DNA from: Chthoniobacterales bacterium
GTDB lineage: Bacteria > Verrucomicrobiota > Verrucomicrobiia > Chthoniobacterales > JACTMZ01
Assembly (NCBI GenBank): GCA_021463515.1
Contig: JAJTYZ010000114.1
Coordinates: forward strand, 263-64,262
Length of the DNA stretch: 64,000 bases
Direction: 5' to 3'
How positions within the stretch are numbered: position 1 is the first letter of the stretch; the number at the start of each line of letters is the position of its first letter. A program made the position numbers and the translations under genes. The notes under the pieces were generated by a model. That model did not search any database. It had not been told where the DNA came from and was given only the letters and a program-made list of their open reading frames with translations. Below are positions 55,850 to 64,000 of the stretch, piece after piece.

Positions 55850-57060
55850 CCCTCCCTTAAAATCTTTCGCGTTTGCCACCGCCTCACCCATGCCCGCGCC
55901 CACTCGGGAGATGTTCCGAATTTTCCAAGCCACAGGCGACGGAAGGAATGCTTAAAATACTCCCGATGCGCCGGGGCGAAAAAATAATGATGCATGCGGG
56001 CAAAAGCTTTCCCGGGCGTTTCACGGTATTCGTCAAGGCCGGCTTGTATTTGTGCAAAAACTGTCTTTTCGCCATCGCCATATTCATCGGCAAAAGCATC
56101 CCACAAATCCTGAACAGCCTGCGGTTGGGAGAGATAGCGCGAAAGGGTTTCAAGCTCCGCCCTAAAATCATCCCCTTCCTTGCCCGTTAAAGCAAAGACC
56201 CCCTCGTCCTGCATTTGATGCGGCGTGAGCGAGGCGGCGACTAATTTTTTCCCCTCAAAATCTAAATGCACCAAATATCCCGTGCTGAGGTAATACGAGC
56301 CGACATTATCATCATTTCTAAAAACGAAATTTCCCTGGCCATAAGCAATGGGAACTCCTTTGTAGATTTCTCCTCCCTGCGGAACGTGCGCATGGTGAGC
56401 GACCACGGCCGCTGCTCCTGCTGCCGCAAAGCGGCGTAGCCCCTCAACAACATAAGGCGGCGGCATCGGCGCATGTTCACGGCCCCCATGAAAAATCACC
56501 AGCACAGCATCTACCTGAGATTTCAGAGCGCGAATGTCGGCTTCTTGACGCTCGACATCATAGACGTAAGCTCCCGGACTGTTATTTATGGATGCACACG
56601 CTTCACCTTCGCCACAATTGATAATCCCAAGGCGGAGTGCCTCCGATTCGATAATTAACGGACGTGCCGCATCTTCTCCCGTCATCGCCGCGCCCACCGT
56701 GCGAATACCAGCGCGTTGAAGCACAGACAGCGTATGTTCGAGGCTTTCATACCCGTAGTCCATGGAATGATTATTCGCCAATGCTGCCACGTGAAATGGA
56801 ACCTGCGTCAACGCCGCAATCCCCGCCGCTTCATCCCCCCGTAAACACGGCCCACATTTATCTAAAGCTGTCCCTTTATCGCCAAGAACGCATTCCACAT
56901 TCACGATATTAAGATCACTCTCGCGTAAAATTGGTAGTAAATCACCATAGACCGCCAAGGGGTCTCGTTTGATGATGTCTTCATAGTGCCAAATCGGTGC
57001 CCAATCCGACGCAACCGTCACGCGATACCCCACCTTCTTTTTTTGCTCAAAAAGATTCAT
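55846..57060 (-). CDS. CapA-family metallophosphoesterase-like protein (PGA_cap domain)
   Basis: LALANNHSMDYGYESLEHTL, VIFHGGREH and AHHAHVPQG patterns. Its 3' end overlaps paralog B by 4 nt (convergent). Confidence 0.75.
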   Translation of the reverse strand: MNLFEQKKKVGYRVTVASDWAPIWHYEDIIKRDPLAVYGDLLPILRESDLNIVNVECVLGDKGTALDKCGPCLRGDEAAGIAALTQVPFHVAALANNHSMDYGYESLEHTLSVLQRAGIRTVGAAMTGEDAARPLIIESEALRLGIINCGEGEACASINNSPGAYVYDVERQEADIRALKSQVDAVLVIFHGGREHAPMPPPYVVEGLRRFAAAGAAAVVAHHAHVPQGGEIYKGVPIAYGQGNFVFRNDDNVGSYYLSTGYLVHLDFEGKKLVAASLTPHQMQDEGVFALTGKEGDDFRAELETLSRYLSQPQAVQDLWDAFADEYGDGEKTVFAQIQAGLDEYRETPGKAFARMHHYFFAPAHREYFKHSFRRLWLGKFGTSPEWARAWVRRWQTRKILREG

Positions 57061-57331
57061 TGGAAAAAATTCAGCTTCTTAGTTGTCATTCCCATTTGCG
57101 CTCGGCAGAAAAAAGCCCCATAATCATCAGAAACGTTAAAGGCTATGAATAGAGAAGTATCTCATCACGGCGTACGGTTGATGTCCACGAAATAGTTTGG
57201 CCCGTCGCTTTGGGGTTCTTACAGGACGTACTTGTTGTATGTCATTATTGAGCACCATAAATAATATCCGATAAGCTCCCGCAAAATGGGGTATATGGCC
57301 TCATTGAAGCCGCTGCCCAAAAATTTTTGCA

Positions 57332-57368
57332 TTGACATAATACGCGGTAATTTTTATGATGTCACGTG
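57332..57368 (+). promoter_or_regulatory. Sigma70-like promoter (TTGACA-17 nt-TATGAT) followed by a GTCACGTG box
   Basis: TTGACA at 57332..57337 and TATGAT at 57355..57360. The 13-mer ATGATGTCACGTG (57356..57368) recurs upstream of lacI. Confidence 0.55.
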
Positions 57369-57390
57369 TTTTTAAGACGAAAAGCCCTCC

Positions 57391-58821
57391 ATTTATAAAA
57401 AAAAACCAATATTTTACATCCTTCTTCTTATTGGATTTATTCTATCAGTTTCTTTGAGAGCCTCGGATTTTTCATTAACGCTCGAGGGAAAGGTCTCTTG
57501 GGAAAACGTGCCGTGGAATCCTTCGTGAACGCTAGGTGCTGAGGATACGATTTCCGATATTTCATCCGATGGTGACATCCAACGCTTTTTATATCTCAAT
57601 GGAAATTAGAAGGTGAAAGATTTGACGCGGGTGGGGCGCAACGGTGATGGGAGAGTCATTATTTATAATGATGATGAAACCACAGGGGACCAAGATCAGA
57701 CGCTGACGATTACCGATACCCTTATAGTAAAAAAGGCTCTGTACTTCCGCAGTTTTAATACTGATGGGCGCCTTACTGTTAATGTCGCTAATCTTATCAT
57801 TGATCACAGTGCGGAGATCGGAATCAGCGAGGCTCCCGACAGCGGTAAAGTAACCCTCCACGTTACCGAAAACACAACCTTCAAGGGGGGAAATACACGA
57901 TTTTACCTTTTTGCCAACGCCACCCAAGACACCCAAGTGAATCTCGGCCATATCATTTTTGAAAAGTCCTTAAGCGGAGGAAGCCCGGGAATTGATATTC
58001 AGGCCCAGACATTGCGCGTCAAAAGCCTCGAGACTCCCGCAGAAGGTAGCGTGGGTACAATTCGTGTGGGAATTGAAGGGGGAGCTGGAACGTTGTTGAT
58101 TGATGGCGGAGAAGATCAGGGCACAACGAGCTTCAGCTCCGTGATCATTAATCAAGGCAGCAGATCTTTAACGGTGGAAAAGTCAGGCAACACTATCCAA
58201 ATTTTGAATCCGCAAAGGGGCAATCGCTACACGGGTGGTACCGTTATTCGCGGCGGCGTTCTTGCCGTAAATAATGAAGAAATGGGGAGTAGCGGCTTGG
58301 GTTCGGGAGCGGTAACCGTTAAAGCTCAGGGTACACTTGCCGGTAACGGAGCGATCGTTCTTGGCGCAGGGAATTCTACAACGGTCGAGGCAGGCGGGAT
58401 AATTGCCCCAAGTGCTTATGGCACTGCTGGATTTAGCGTGCTACGGTTCAATAATTATGCGAACAAAGACAAAGAGGAGAGCCTCCTCTTAAAAATGGAA
58501 GACGGTTCAGGGTTCACCTTCAACGTAGATCAAGAAGGCCATAGCGACCAAATTCTATTTGGCTATTTTCAAAAGGGGAGCGTCATTTTTAATGGCTCTA
58601 TCGCCGTCAATGTCAAAGGAGACCTTGCGGAGGGAGTGATTTATAATTTGTTTACATTTAAAGCCAGAGGAGGCACTGAAACGGGTCTGTTGGAAAGCAG
58701 CGGCTTGTTTGAAGGGCTTGTCGCTGGCAAAGGGTTTGAAAAATTTATCCCGACCTTTCATTATGATGAGCCGGAAGTCGGCGGAATCGGCATCATTTCA
58801 ATGACCGTTAACGCCCGTTAA
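57391..58821 (+). pseudogene. Decayed paralog of the PEP-CTERM autotransporter-associated beta-strand-repeat protein
   Basis: In the same frame as track ORF 57613..58821 (GTG start), my upstream translation reads ...KKKPIFYILLLIGFILSVSLRASDFSLTLEGKVSWENVPWNPS*TLGAEDTISDISSDGDIQRFLYLNGN*KVKDL. This aligns with the N-terminus of the 60073 gene across two in-frame stops (TGA 57526, TAG 57607). There is no ATG/GTG/TTG start for the signal peptide, and no PEP-CTERM tail (it ends ...ISMTVNAR). Confidence 0.7.
57397..57405 (+). repeat. A9 homopolymer at the 5' end of the decayed gene
   Basis: ataaaaaaaaacc. One extra A would join the upstream ATGATG frame (57356) to the signal-peptide frame, but that ATG lies inside the -10 box. 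Confidence 0.8.
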
Positions 58822-58839
58822 TAAATTTTAAATTTTTTC

Positions 58840-58875
58840 TTGACCTTGTTGCAAATTCGCGGATGATGTCACGTG
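58840..58875 (+). promoter_or_regulatory. Promoter-like element (TTGACC-16 nt-GATGAT) plus a GTCACGTGA box upstream of lacI
   Basis: TTGACC at 58840..58845 and GATGAT at 58862..58867. The 13-mer ATGATGTCACGTG is at 58863..58875, and the 8-bp palindrome TCACGTGA at 58869..58876. The ATG at 58886 is only about 10 nt further on. Confidence 0.5.
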
Positions 58876-58885
58876 ATTTCAAATT

Positions 58886-60076
58886 ATGCCTCGTCTCACC
58901 CAGCTTGACATTGCCTCGCACGTCGGAGTTTCGCGTTCGACGGTAGCAGCGGTGCTATCGCGGTCGCCGCAGGCACGGATATCGCCTCAAGTACGGCAGC
59001 GGATACTAAGTACAGCGGCGGCGTTGAATTATCGGCCCAACAATCAAGCGCAACTTTTACGTGGGGCAAAGAGCGGCTGCATCGGGGTATTGAGTTTTAA
59101 TGGAATGTTTGCGTTGTCGCAGCGGAAGGTAAAAGCGGCTGCGGACGCCATACTCGCGCAGGGTTACCAATTGGTGGTGCAGGAAGTGCTTTGGTATGGT
59201 TCGCAGGATGAGCAAGCCATTAAGCGGGCGGTGGAGGGCTTTCTGGATGCGCGGGTGGAAGGGATTCTTTTGGTGTACCCAAGTACCGCCTTTACGCAGG
59301 AATGGCTGAATAAAATTTTGGAAGCCGAAGTTGCCGTTGTGGGGATTGCCGGAGATCATCTGCACGGAATTGCCAATTTCGTTTCTGACCGAACTTGGGG
59401 TTACGAACAAATCACACGACATTTACTGGAGGAAGGTTTTAGGCGCCTTGCTTTACTCTCTAATGACTCATCCTATGAGAAGATTGGTTTTTTCAAAGCA
59501 TTAGAGAATTTCCCTGAAGCTCGTGAACAAGCACGCATACTGCATCCGGTAACTCCGGCGAACTGTTTAAAAGAACTCTCAATAGAAGACCAGTATTACA
59601 TGCCTGGTGTGTGGGGGATGAGGCAAATTCTGGAGAGTGAAAAAGAACTTCCGGAGGCATTGGTTTGCGCTAATGACCATTGGGCACTCGGGGCACTGCA
59701 GGTCTGTCATCAGGCGGATATTCGGGTTCCCGAGGACATGGCTATTACGGGGTTTGACAATGACCCGGCGGGAAAATACGGCGCAATTCCCTTAACCACG
59801 ATGAACCACCCGGTACGAAGAATTTCCCAACAAGCCGTAGCTCGGCTTGTGGAGATAATTCAAAACAATCAGGTTTCTCTCGAAGATAAAGTGTCCATTC
59901 GCGGTGAACTCATTGTTCGCAAATCTAGCGGACTTACACAGGCCCCCACATGTACGCGAACTACATGGAGCCCCCCACATCCTCCCTCGCCGAACTTTCA
60001 CTCTCAAACACCAGCTTCATCCTTAAATAACCAGCTCAAGCACACAGACTTGCAGCACAAATCGTTAAATATATGA
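58886..60076 (+). CDS. LacI-family transcriptional regulator with a C-terminal extension
   Basis: N-terminal HTH LTQLDIASHVGVSRSTVAAVLSRSP...ISPQVRQRILSTAAALNYRPN, then a periplasmic-binding-fold core. There is an extra Pro/Ser/Thr-rich tail of about 50 aa. Confidence 0.9.
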   Translation: MPRLTQLDIASHVGVSRSTVAAVLSRSPQARISPQVRQRILSTAAALNYRPNNQAQLLRGAKSGCIGVLSFNGMFALSQRKVKAAADAILAQGYQLVVQEVLWYGSQDEQAIKRAVEGFLDARVEGILLVYPSTAFTQEWLNKILEAEVAVVGIAGDHLHGIANFVSDRTWGYEQITRHLLEEGFRRLALLSNDSSYEKIGFFKALENFPEAREQARILHPVTPANCLKELSIEDQYYMPGVWGMRQILESEKELPEALVCANDHWALGALQVCHQADIRVPEDMAITGFDNDPAGKYGAIPLTTMNHPVRRISQQAVARLVEIIQNNQVSLEDKVSIRGELIVRKSSGLTQAPTCTRTTWSPPHPPSPNFHSQTPASSLNNQLKHTDLQHKSLNI

Positions 60077-61596
60077 AACATACAAACCTCATTGCATCCA
60101 TCATTGGCGTATTAGCCTTTGCCCACCCCGCACCCCTTCGTGCCACGGATTATTCCACGGTAATCGGAGGCGGTGTTGTCACATGGACAAATGCATCATG
60201 GACTCCCTCGGGTATCCCGGGTGTAGGTGATAATATCACCGATATCTCATCAGACTCTGCCACCCAGAGGGGCTTTTACCTTAATGGAGACCATGAAGTA
60301 AAAAACCTTACGCGGGCGGGCAACAGCGGCATGGGTACATTGCAAATTTTCAATTATTCTAGCGCTACGAACACCACACAAACATTGACAATTACCGACA
60401 CATTGACGGTACAGCGTAACTTAGGGTTTCGAAGTCAGAATAATACACAAGGGCGATTAGTCATTGATGCAAAGGATATTATTATTGATTCCACGAATGT
60501 CGGAACGACACTTACTATTAGCGAGAGCACTAATTACCCAAGAGTGACCTTAGATGTCTCTGGTAGCACAACCTTCAAAAATGGCAATTCGAGATTTGTG
60601 ATGGAGAGATATGCAACGAGTGAAACAATCGTTAATCTAGGGAATGTCTTCTTCGAAAATACCCTGAGCGGAGGGAGCCCAGGCTTAGAAATCAATGCAG
60701 GCACTCTTAAAGCCACAAGCCTTTCTTCTTCGACCAATGGTAGTGTCGGCGTTATAAGGACAGCATCGGGTTATACCAATGTAGCCAAGCTGCTTATTGA
60801 TGGAGGTAGTGGCACAAATACAACAGCGTTTAAGGCTATTATTTCAGATTATGGGGATGGCAGGCTCACGGTGGAAAAGACGGGGAACACTATTCAAATA
60901 CTGAATTCTACAAATGGAAGTTCTTACCGGGGTGGTACTATTATTAGTGGCGGTGTCCTTGCAGCCCATAGCACCAATGTAGGGTCGAGCTCTCTAGGCT
61001 ACGGAGCCGTTACTGTTAAAACAAATGGCACATTAGCGGGCTCTGGCGCGATTATATTAAAGGATGGTAACTATACAACGGTTGAGGCGGGAGGAGCGAT
61101 TGCTCCAAGTGCCCATGGTGAGGGAGGGTTTAGTTCTCTAAGAATGAATAATTATATGAATTATACCAATGTAAGTCATCAACTTCTAGATATGGAAGGC
61201 GGTTCTTCCTTTACCTTTAAGTTGGATGGTTCAGGCAATAATGACAAAATACTGTTTGGTTTTTATGCAGCAGGTGATGTCGTTTTTGGCGGAGATATCG
61301 CTGTCAATATCACTGGTACTCTTTCTACAAATGTTGTATATCAACTCTTTCACTTCAGTAGTGGTGGCATTGAATCACCATCACCCATAAATAGCGGTAT
61401 TACGAACGGCCTTATAGGTGGCACAGGGTTTGGGGGCTATATTCCGACCTTTCATTATGATGAAGCTGGCTACGGAGGAACGGGCGTAATATCTATGACA
61501 GTCATTCCTGAGCCTACAACAACATTGCTTCTAATGGCTTCGCTGCTTGGGACTCTGGCCGCTTGGCAACAAAATCTGCGAAAGAAACGCCAATAA
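60073..61596 (+). CDS. Autotransporter-associated beta-strand-repeat protein with a PEP-CTERM sorting signal
   Basis: Signal peptide MKHTNLIASIIGVLAFAHPAPLRA. Repeats of the type LTVEKTGNTIQILNSTNGSSYRGGTIISGGVLAA...GAVTVKTNGTLAGSG. C-terminus VIPEPTTTLLLMASLLGTLAAWQQNLRKKRQ (PEP + TM + basic). ATGA overlap with the lacI stop. Confidence 0.85.
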   Translation: MKHTNLIASIIGVLAFAHPAPLRATDYSTVIGGGVVTWTNASWTPSGIPGVGDNITDISSDSATQRGFYLNGDHEVKNLTRAGNSGMGTLQIFNYSSATNTTQTLTITDTLTVQRNLGFRSQNNTQGRLVIDAKDIIIDSTNVGTTLTISESTNYPRVTLDVSGSTTFKNGNSRFVMERYATSETIVNLGNVFFENTLSGGSPGLEINAGTLKATSLSSSTNGSVGVIRTASGYTNVAKLLIDGGSGTNTTAFKAIISDYGDGRLTVEKTGNTIQILNSTNGSSYRGGTIISGGVLAAHSTNVGSSSLGYGAVTVKTNGTLAGSGAIILKDGNYTTVEAGGAIAPSAHGEGGFSSLRMNNYMNYTNVSHQLLDMEGGSSFTFKLDGSGNNDKILFGFYAAGDVVFGGDIAVNITGTLSTNVVYQLFHFSSGGIESPSPINSGITNGLIGGTGFGGYIPTFHYDEAGYGGTGVISMTVIPEPTTTLLLMASLLGTLAAWQQNLRKKRQ

Positions 61597-61637
61597 TTTG
61601 AATTATAATTTCTGCGGCTACTAGCGGGAGGCTTCTC

Positions 61638-62501
61638 ATGCGACCTGCAAGTACTTGTGTAGCATTCTCATTAATAGAGATGTTGGTCACCATAGGTTTG
61701 GTCATGATTTTGGCCACTCTGGGAGTTGTCGCCATGGGAAAGTTTCTGGAACGGGCAAGCGGCATTCACTGTGTCTCAAATCTCAAACAGATTGGCATGG
61801 CTACTGTAGCTTATGCGAGTGAACATGGAGGGGAACTGCCATTTTATTATTATCAGCCAACGGAGGGGAATTCTGGGAGCGGTGCTATTGCTGGCACATG
61901 GTTTTACCTTCTGGCTCCCTATCTTTCTGTTCCTCGCACAGAAGTCAATACACTTCCCGCTAATACTGATCGCACACTCTTAGGAACAGCCGACGTTCCA
62001 ATCGAAAAAGCCAACGTCTTTACCTGCCCGGGGCATCGCACGAGTGAAAGTACTTTGTATTGGAAGCCAAAGCCGATGTCCTTCCCAACGCGAATACCCG
62101 TTAGCTATTCACCGTCATTGACCCTTGGAACTACTGCACTCTATTATTCGCAATCTCATCGCCGAGGAGCGGGCATATTACACCCTACGGGATACACGAT
62201 GTATCCCATAAAACTCCATGAGATCGCGACACCGACAAAAAAAATCTGGATTTGCGACTCATCAACAGCTGCTTACCTCAATACTTCGGAGTCCCGTTGG
62301 TTACCAGGAGGAAACCCAAATCCTGAATATCATTACCCTTACTATAGTTTCACTCGACACGATCAGGCAGGTAATGCACTTTTTTTTGATGGGCATGTCG
62401 AGCGGATGCCGTTGACAACCTTTACAGAATATCCCTTGGGGCTTACCAAAGCTCTCGTTCGTTACTTTCATCCCTTCCGCGAAGCTCAACTTGATGAGTA
62501 A
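61638..62501 (+). CDS. Prepilin-type N-terminal cleavage/methylation domain protein with an H-X9-DG motif
   Basis: CVAFSLIEMLVTIGLVMILATLG is a prepilin-like N-terminus. The C-terminal RHDQAGNALFFDGHVE fits H-X9-DG exactly. A GGGAGG Shine-Dalgarno sequence lies 7 nt upstream of the ATG. Confidence 0.85.
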   Translation: MRPASTCVAFSLIEMLVTIGLVMILATLGVVAMGKFLERASGIHCVSNLKQIGMATVAYASEHGGELPFYYYQPTEGNSGSGAIAGTWFYLLAPYLSVPRTEVNTLPANTDRTLLGTADVPIEKANVFTCPGHRTSESTLYWKPKPMSFPTRIPVSYSPSLTLGTTALYYSQSHRRGAGILHPTGYTMYPIKLHEIATPTKKIWICDSSTAAYLNTSESRWLPGGNPNPEYHYPYYSFTRHDQAGNALFFDGHVERMPLTTFTEYPLGLTKALVRYFHPFREAQLDE

Positions 62502-62573
62502 TAACTTTACATCCTATGTAAAAACATACGGATTCCACGAGATATCCATAGAACAACACCTAAATATATTCAT

Positions 62574-64000
62574 ATGAAAAAATATTTTCTTCTTCCGTTT
62601 TTCCTCATACTTGCTGCGTGCAAGCCTTCGGCCCCTACGACTTCTCAATCTCCTACAGCAACACCGACGCCACTACAGCCCTTACCTCCTGCGCGTCAAG
62701 CTCCATCTCCCCCGCAAGATTTACCCACTGTCTATGTGGCCACTACAGGTAACGATTCGCAAAATGGCCAGCAGGAGGCACCCTTAGCTACAGTGAAGAA
62801 GGCTGTAGAAACGCTTGGGACACAAGGTGGTGTCATTATTCTGCGTGAAGGAGTGTATCATGAAACTTTTCAACTTCCCTATAAACAGGATGATGACGCC
62901 CCCCTATGGATTATGGCTGCACCAGAAGAAAAAGTGATCTTTGAAGGGGGCCTCCCTATTACGGAATGGAAGAAAGATTCGGCCTATCCAGGGATGTTTT
63001 TAGTACATGCCCCCCAACGAGAGACGATGTTTGGTGCGGCGGAATATGTAGAAGTTTGGGAAAATAATTATCGCATTCGCTATCGTAAGGTGGCAGACCC
63101 TGCGGGTGTTATGGCATGGCCCGGAAGTGTATGTACGATGGATGGGGATCAGTTGTTAATCCATGTACGTGATGGACGCACACCTCTTGAGGCCGAATTA
63201 TGGCATAATAAAGTCGCTCAGGGCGTGAGCATCTCAAAGTCTAATGTCAAACTTGTGGGAATTACCTTCCAAAATTATCTAGGGGGAGGGCAAGCAAGAG
63301 CCCTAACGCTTAGCCGAGGGAAAAATATTAACATTCACCACTGCCACTTTATTAATAATACTATTGGCATTAGCAACTCGGGCCGTGAAACACATGTCGA
63401 GGATTGCTTGTTTAACGAAGTAGGACTAGGGATTCAACATAGTGGAGGACCAACGAATGTAGGAATAGACCTCGTGGCACGCCGATGTATTTTCCAAAGT
63501 GCCGCAGGGGCCTTTGCGTTTTCGGATTTGGGTGAACATGTACGCAATGGTATTAGGATTTATTATCCCGGGGATGGTGCGACAATTGAACAATGCGTGA
63601 CAGCAGGATTTTGGGCGGGCATTTATATTAAGACTGTTTCCGGTAAAGAAGGCTCGCGTCCTTACTATATTCGAAATAATACCCTTATTGACACCTTGCG
63701 AAGTGGAGCAGATCATAAGCATCCAAGAACATTTGTTCAGCGCAATATTATAGGTCCCTATGTTGAAGCTTCCGGTGCGGGGCCTAATGGCAGCTACCTA
63801 CGTCAATGGGGAGCAACGCTCAAAGAAAATTACTATTTTGGCCATTCCGGCAAAGCTATAGAAGGTGAAATTAATGGACCAGAGCCATTTGTAGATTTAG
63901 TCGGTGGAGATTTGCGTCTTTCTCCCAAGTTAACTTTCCCCGTACCCGCCAATCAATTAGGTGCCACAGAAATCCTGAAAGTTCACTGGAATAAACGACT
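62574..64000 (+). CDS. Lipoprotein with parallel beta-helix repeats (3' end beyond the window)
   Basis: Not in the ORF track because it is truncated. My hand translation from the ATG at 62574 gives MKKYFLLPFFLILAACKPSAPTTSQSPTATPTPLQP... (lipobox LAAC), then VYVATTGNDSQNGQQEAPLATVKKAVE...GGVIILREGVYHE (beta-helix N-cap). It stays open for 475 codons to the window end. Confidence 0.8.
   Translation, partial: MKKYFLLPFFLILAACKPSAPTTSQSPTATPTPLQPLPPARQAPSPPQDLPTVYVATTGNDSQNGQQEAPLATVKKAVETLGTQGGVIILREGVYHETFQLPYKQDDDAPLWIMAAPEEKVIFEGGLPITEWKKDSAYPGMFLVHAPQRETMFGAAEYVEVWENNYRIRYRKVADPAGVMAWPGSVCTMDGDQLLIHVRDGRTPLEAELWHNKVAQGVSISKSNVKLVGITFQNYLGGGQARALTLSRGKNINIHHCHFINNTIGISNSGRETHVEDCLFNEVGLGIQHSGGPTNVGIDLVARRCIFQSAAGAFAFSDLGEHVRNGIRIYYPGDGATIEQCVTAGFWAGIYIKTVSGKEGSRPYYIRNNTLIDTLRSGADHKHPRTFVQRNIIGPYVEASGAGPNGSYLRQWGATLKENYYFGHSGKAIEGEINGPEPFVDLVGGDLRLSPKLTFPVPANQLGATEILKVHWNKR

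Noticed and set aside
57356-57457. The ATGATG at 57356 as the start codon of the beta-strand-repeat paralog (MMSRVFKTKSPPFIKKNQYF...).
   Set aside because: These ATGs lie inside the predicted -10 hexamer, so they are probably not transcribed. This frame also stops at 57455. Joining it to the signal-peptide frame would need an extra A in the A9 tract, and the two downstream in-frame stops would still remain.
57526-57609. Stop-codon recoding (selenocysteine or read-through) as the explanation for the in-frame TGA and TAG.
   Set aside because: Two different stop codons are involved, I saw no SECIS-like hairpin directly after the TGA, the other genes in the window terminate normally on TAA, TGA or TAG, and the gene has also lost its start codon and its PEP-CTERM tail. 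Pseudogenisation is the simpler reading.
1-64000. CRISPR arrays, rRNA or tRNA genes, transposases, integrases and classical defence genes (restriction-modification, helicase-nuclease, toxin-antitoxin).
   Set aside because: Reading all intergenic gaps longer than 80 bp and all ORF translations turned up no regularly spaced repeats, no conserved RNA gene motifs and no recognisable mobile-element or defence protein motifs. A covariance-model or HMM scan would be needed to exclude small ncRNAs.

Overview
This 64-kb chromosomal window carries about 50 protein-coding genes. I recognised no rRNA, tRNA, CRISPR array, transposase or integrase.

All calls come from reading the supplied ORFs plus my own hand translations and motif recognition. 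No BLAST, HMM or folding was run. Many track ORFs begin at GTG or TTG, so I trimmed starts to internal ATGs where overlaps or signal peptides supported it.

The gene content suggests a PVC-group (Verrucomicrobia-like) bacterium, which is an inference. The evidence is a PEP-CTERM protein with autotransporter-associated beta-strand repeats, an H-X9-DG prepilin-like protein, a DUF2723/TPR protein, many parallel beta-helix proteins and an anSME-type radical SAM enzyme.

Layout:
- 1-6.6 kb (-): a tightly coupled type II secretion operon, gspE-F-G-H-I-J-K, plus an edge-truncated ORF that the track does not list.
- 6.6-8.8 kb (-): a MASE1/LytS-type histidine kinase and a LytTR response regulator.
- 8.9-15.7 kb: two convergent giant secreted proteins of unknown function.
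- 16.0-18.6 kb: a second LytTR regulator whose phospho-acceptor Asp is replaced by Glu, an NHLP-family RiPP precursor, and a convergent anSME-family radical SAM/SPASM enzyme.
- 18.8-25.3 kb: a zinc-ribbon operon, hppA, a DEDDh exonuclease and DAHP synthase.
- 25.4-29.9 kb: a 1200-aa TerB-like/beta-sandwich/ABCG-type transporter coupled to an HTH-MBL hydrolase.
- 29.8-45.3 kb: DUF2723-TPR, pfkB, lactonase, a beta-helix protein, PilT-like and PilB-like ATPases flanking yebC, glycogen synthase and an esterase.
- 45.4-51.3 kb: TetR-AcrA-AcrB without an outer-membrane factor, an SDR and a DUF3820 protein.
- 51.4-57.1 kb: MFS transporter, thioesterase, two tandem paralogous membrane proteins and CapA.
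- 57.1-64 kb: a partly lower-GC LacI-controlled module. It holds a decayed paralog, lacI, a PEP-CTERM beta-strand-repeat protein, a prepilin-like protein and a lipoprotein beta-helix protein that runs off the window.

The most interesting signal is a 30-bp direct-repeat box, AGCGGyAG-N10-GATGAGCGGTyA, present three times. Each copy sits in the same orientation about 57-62 nt upstream of a candidate ATG (for the T2SS operon that is the second in-frame ATG of gspE, at 6531). The three downstream targets are the T2SS operon, the 985-aa secreted protein gene and the NHLP peptide gene, and all three boxes lie next to LytTR regulator genes. I read this as a previously undescribed peptide / LytTR / T2SS-cargo regulon. 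That reading is a hypothesis and needs experimental and comparative tests.
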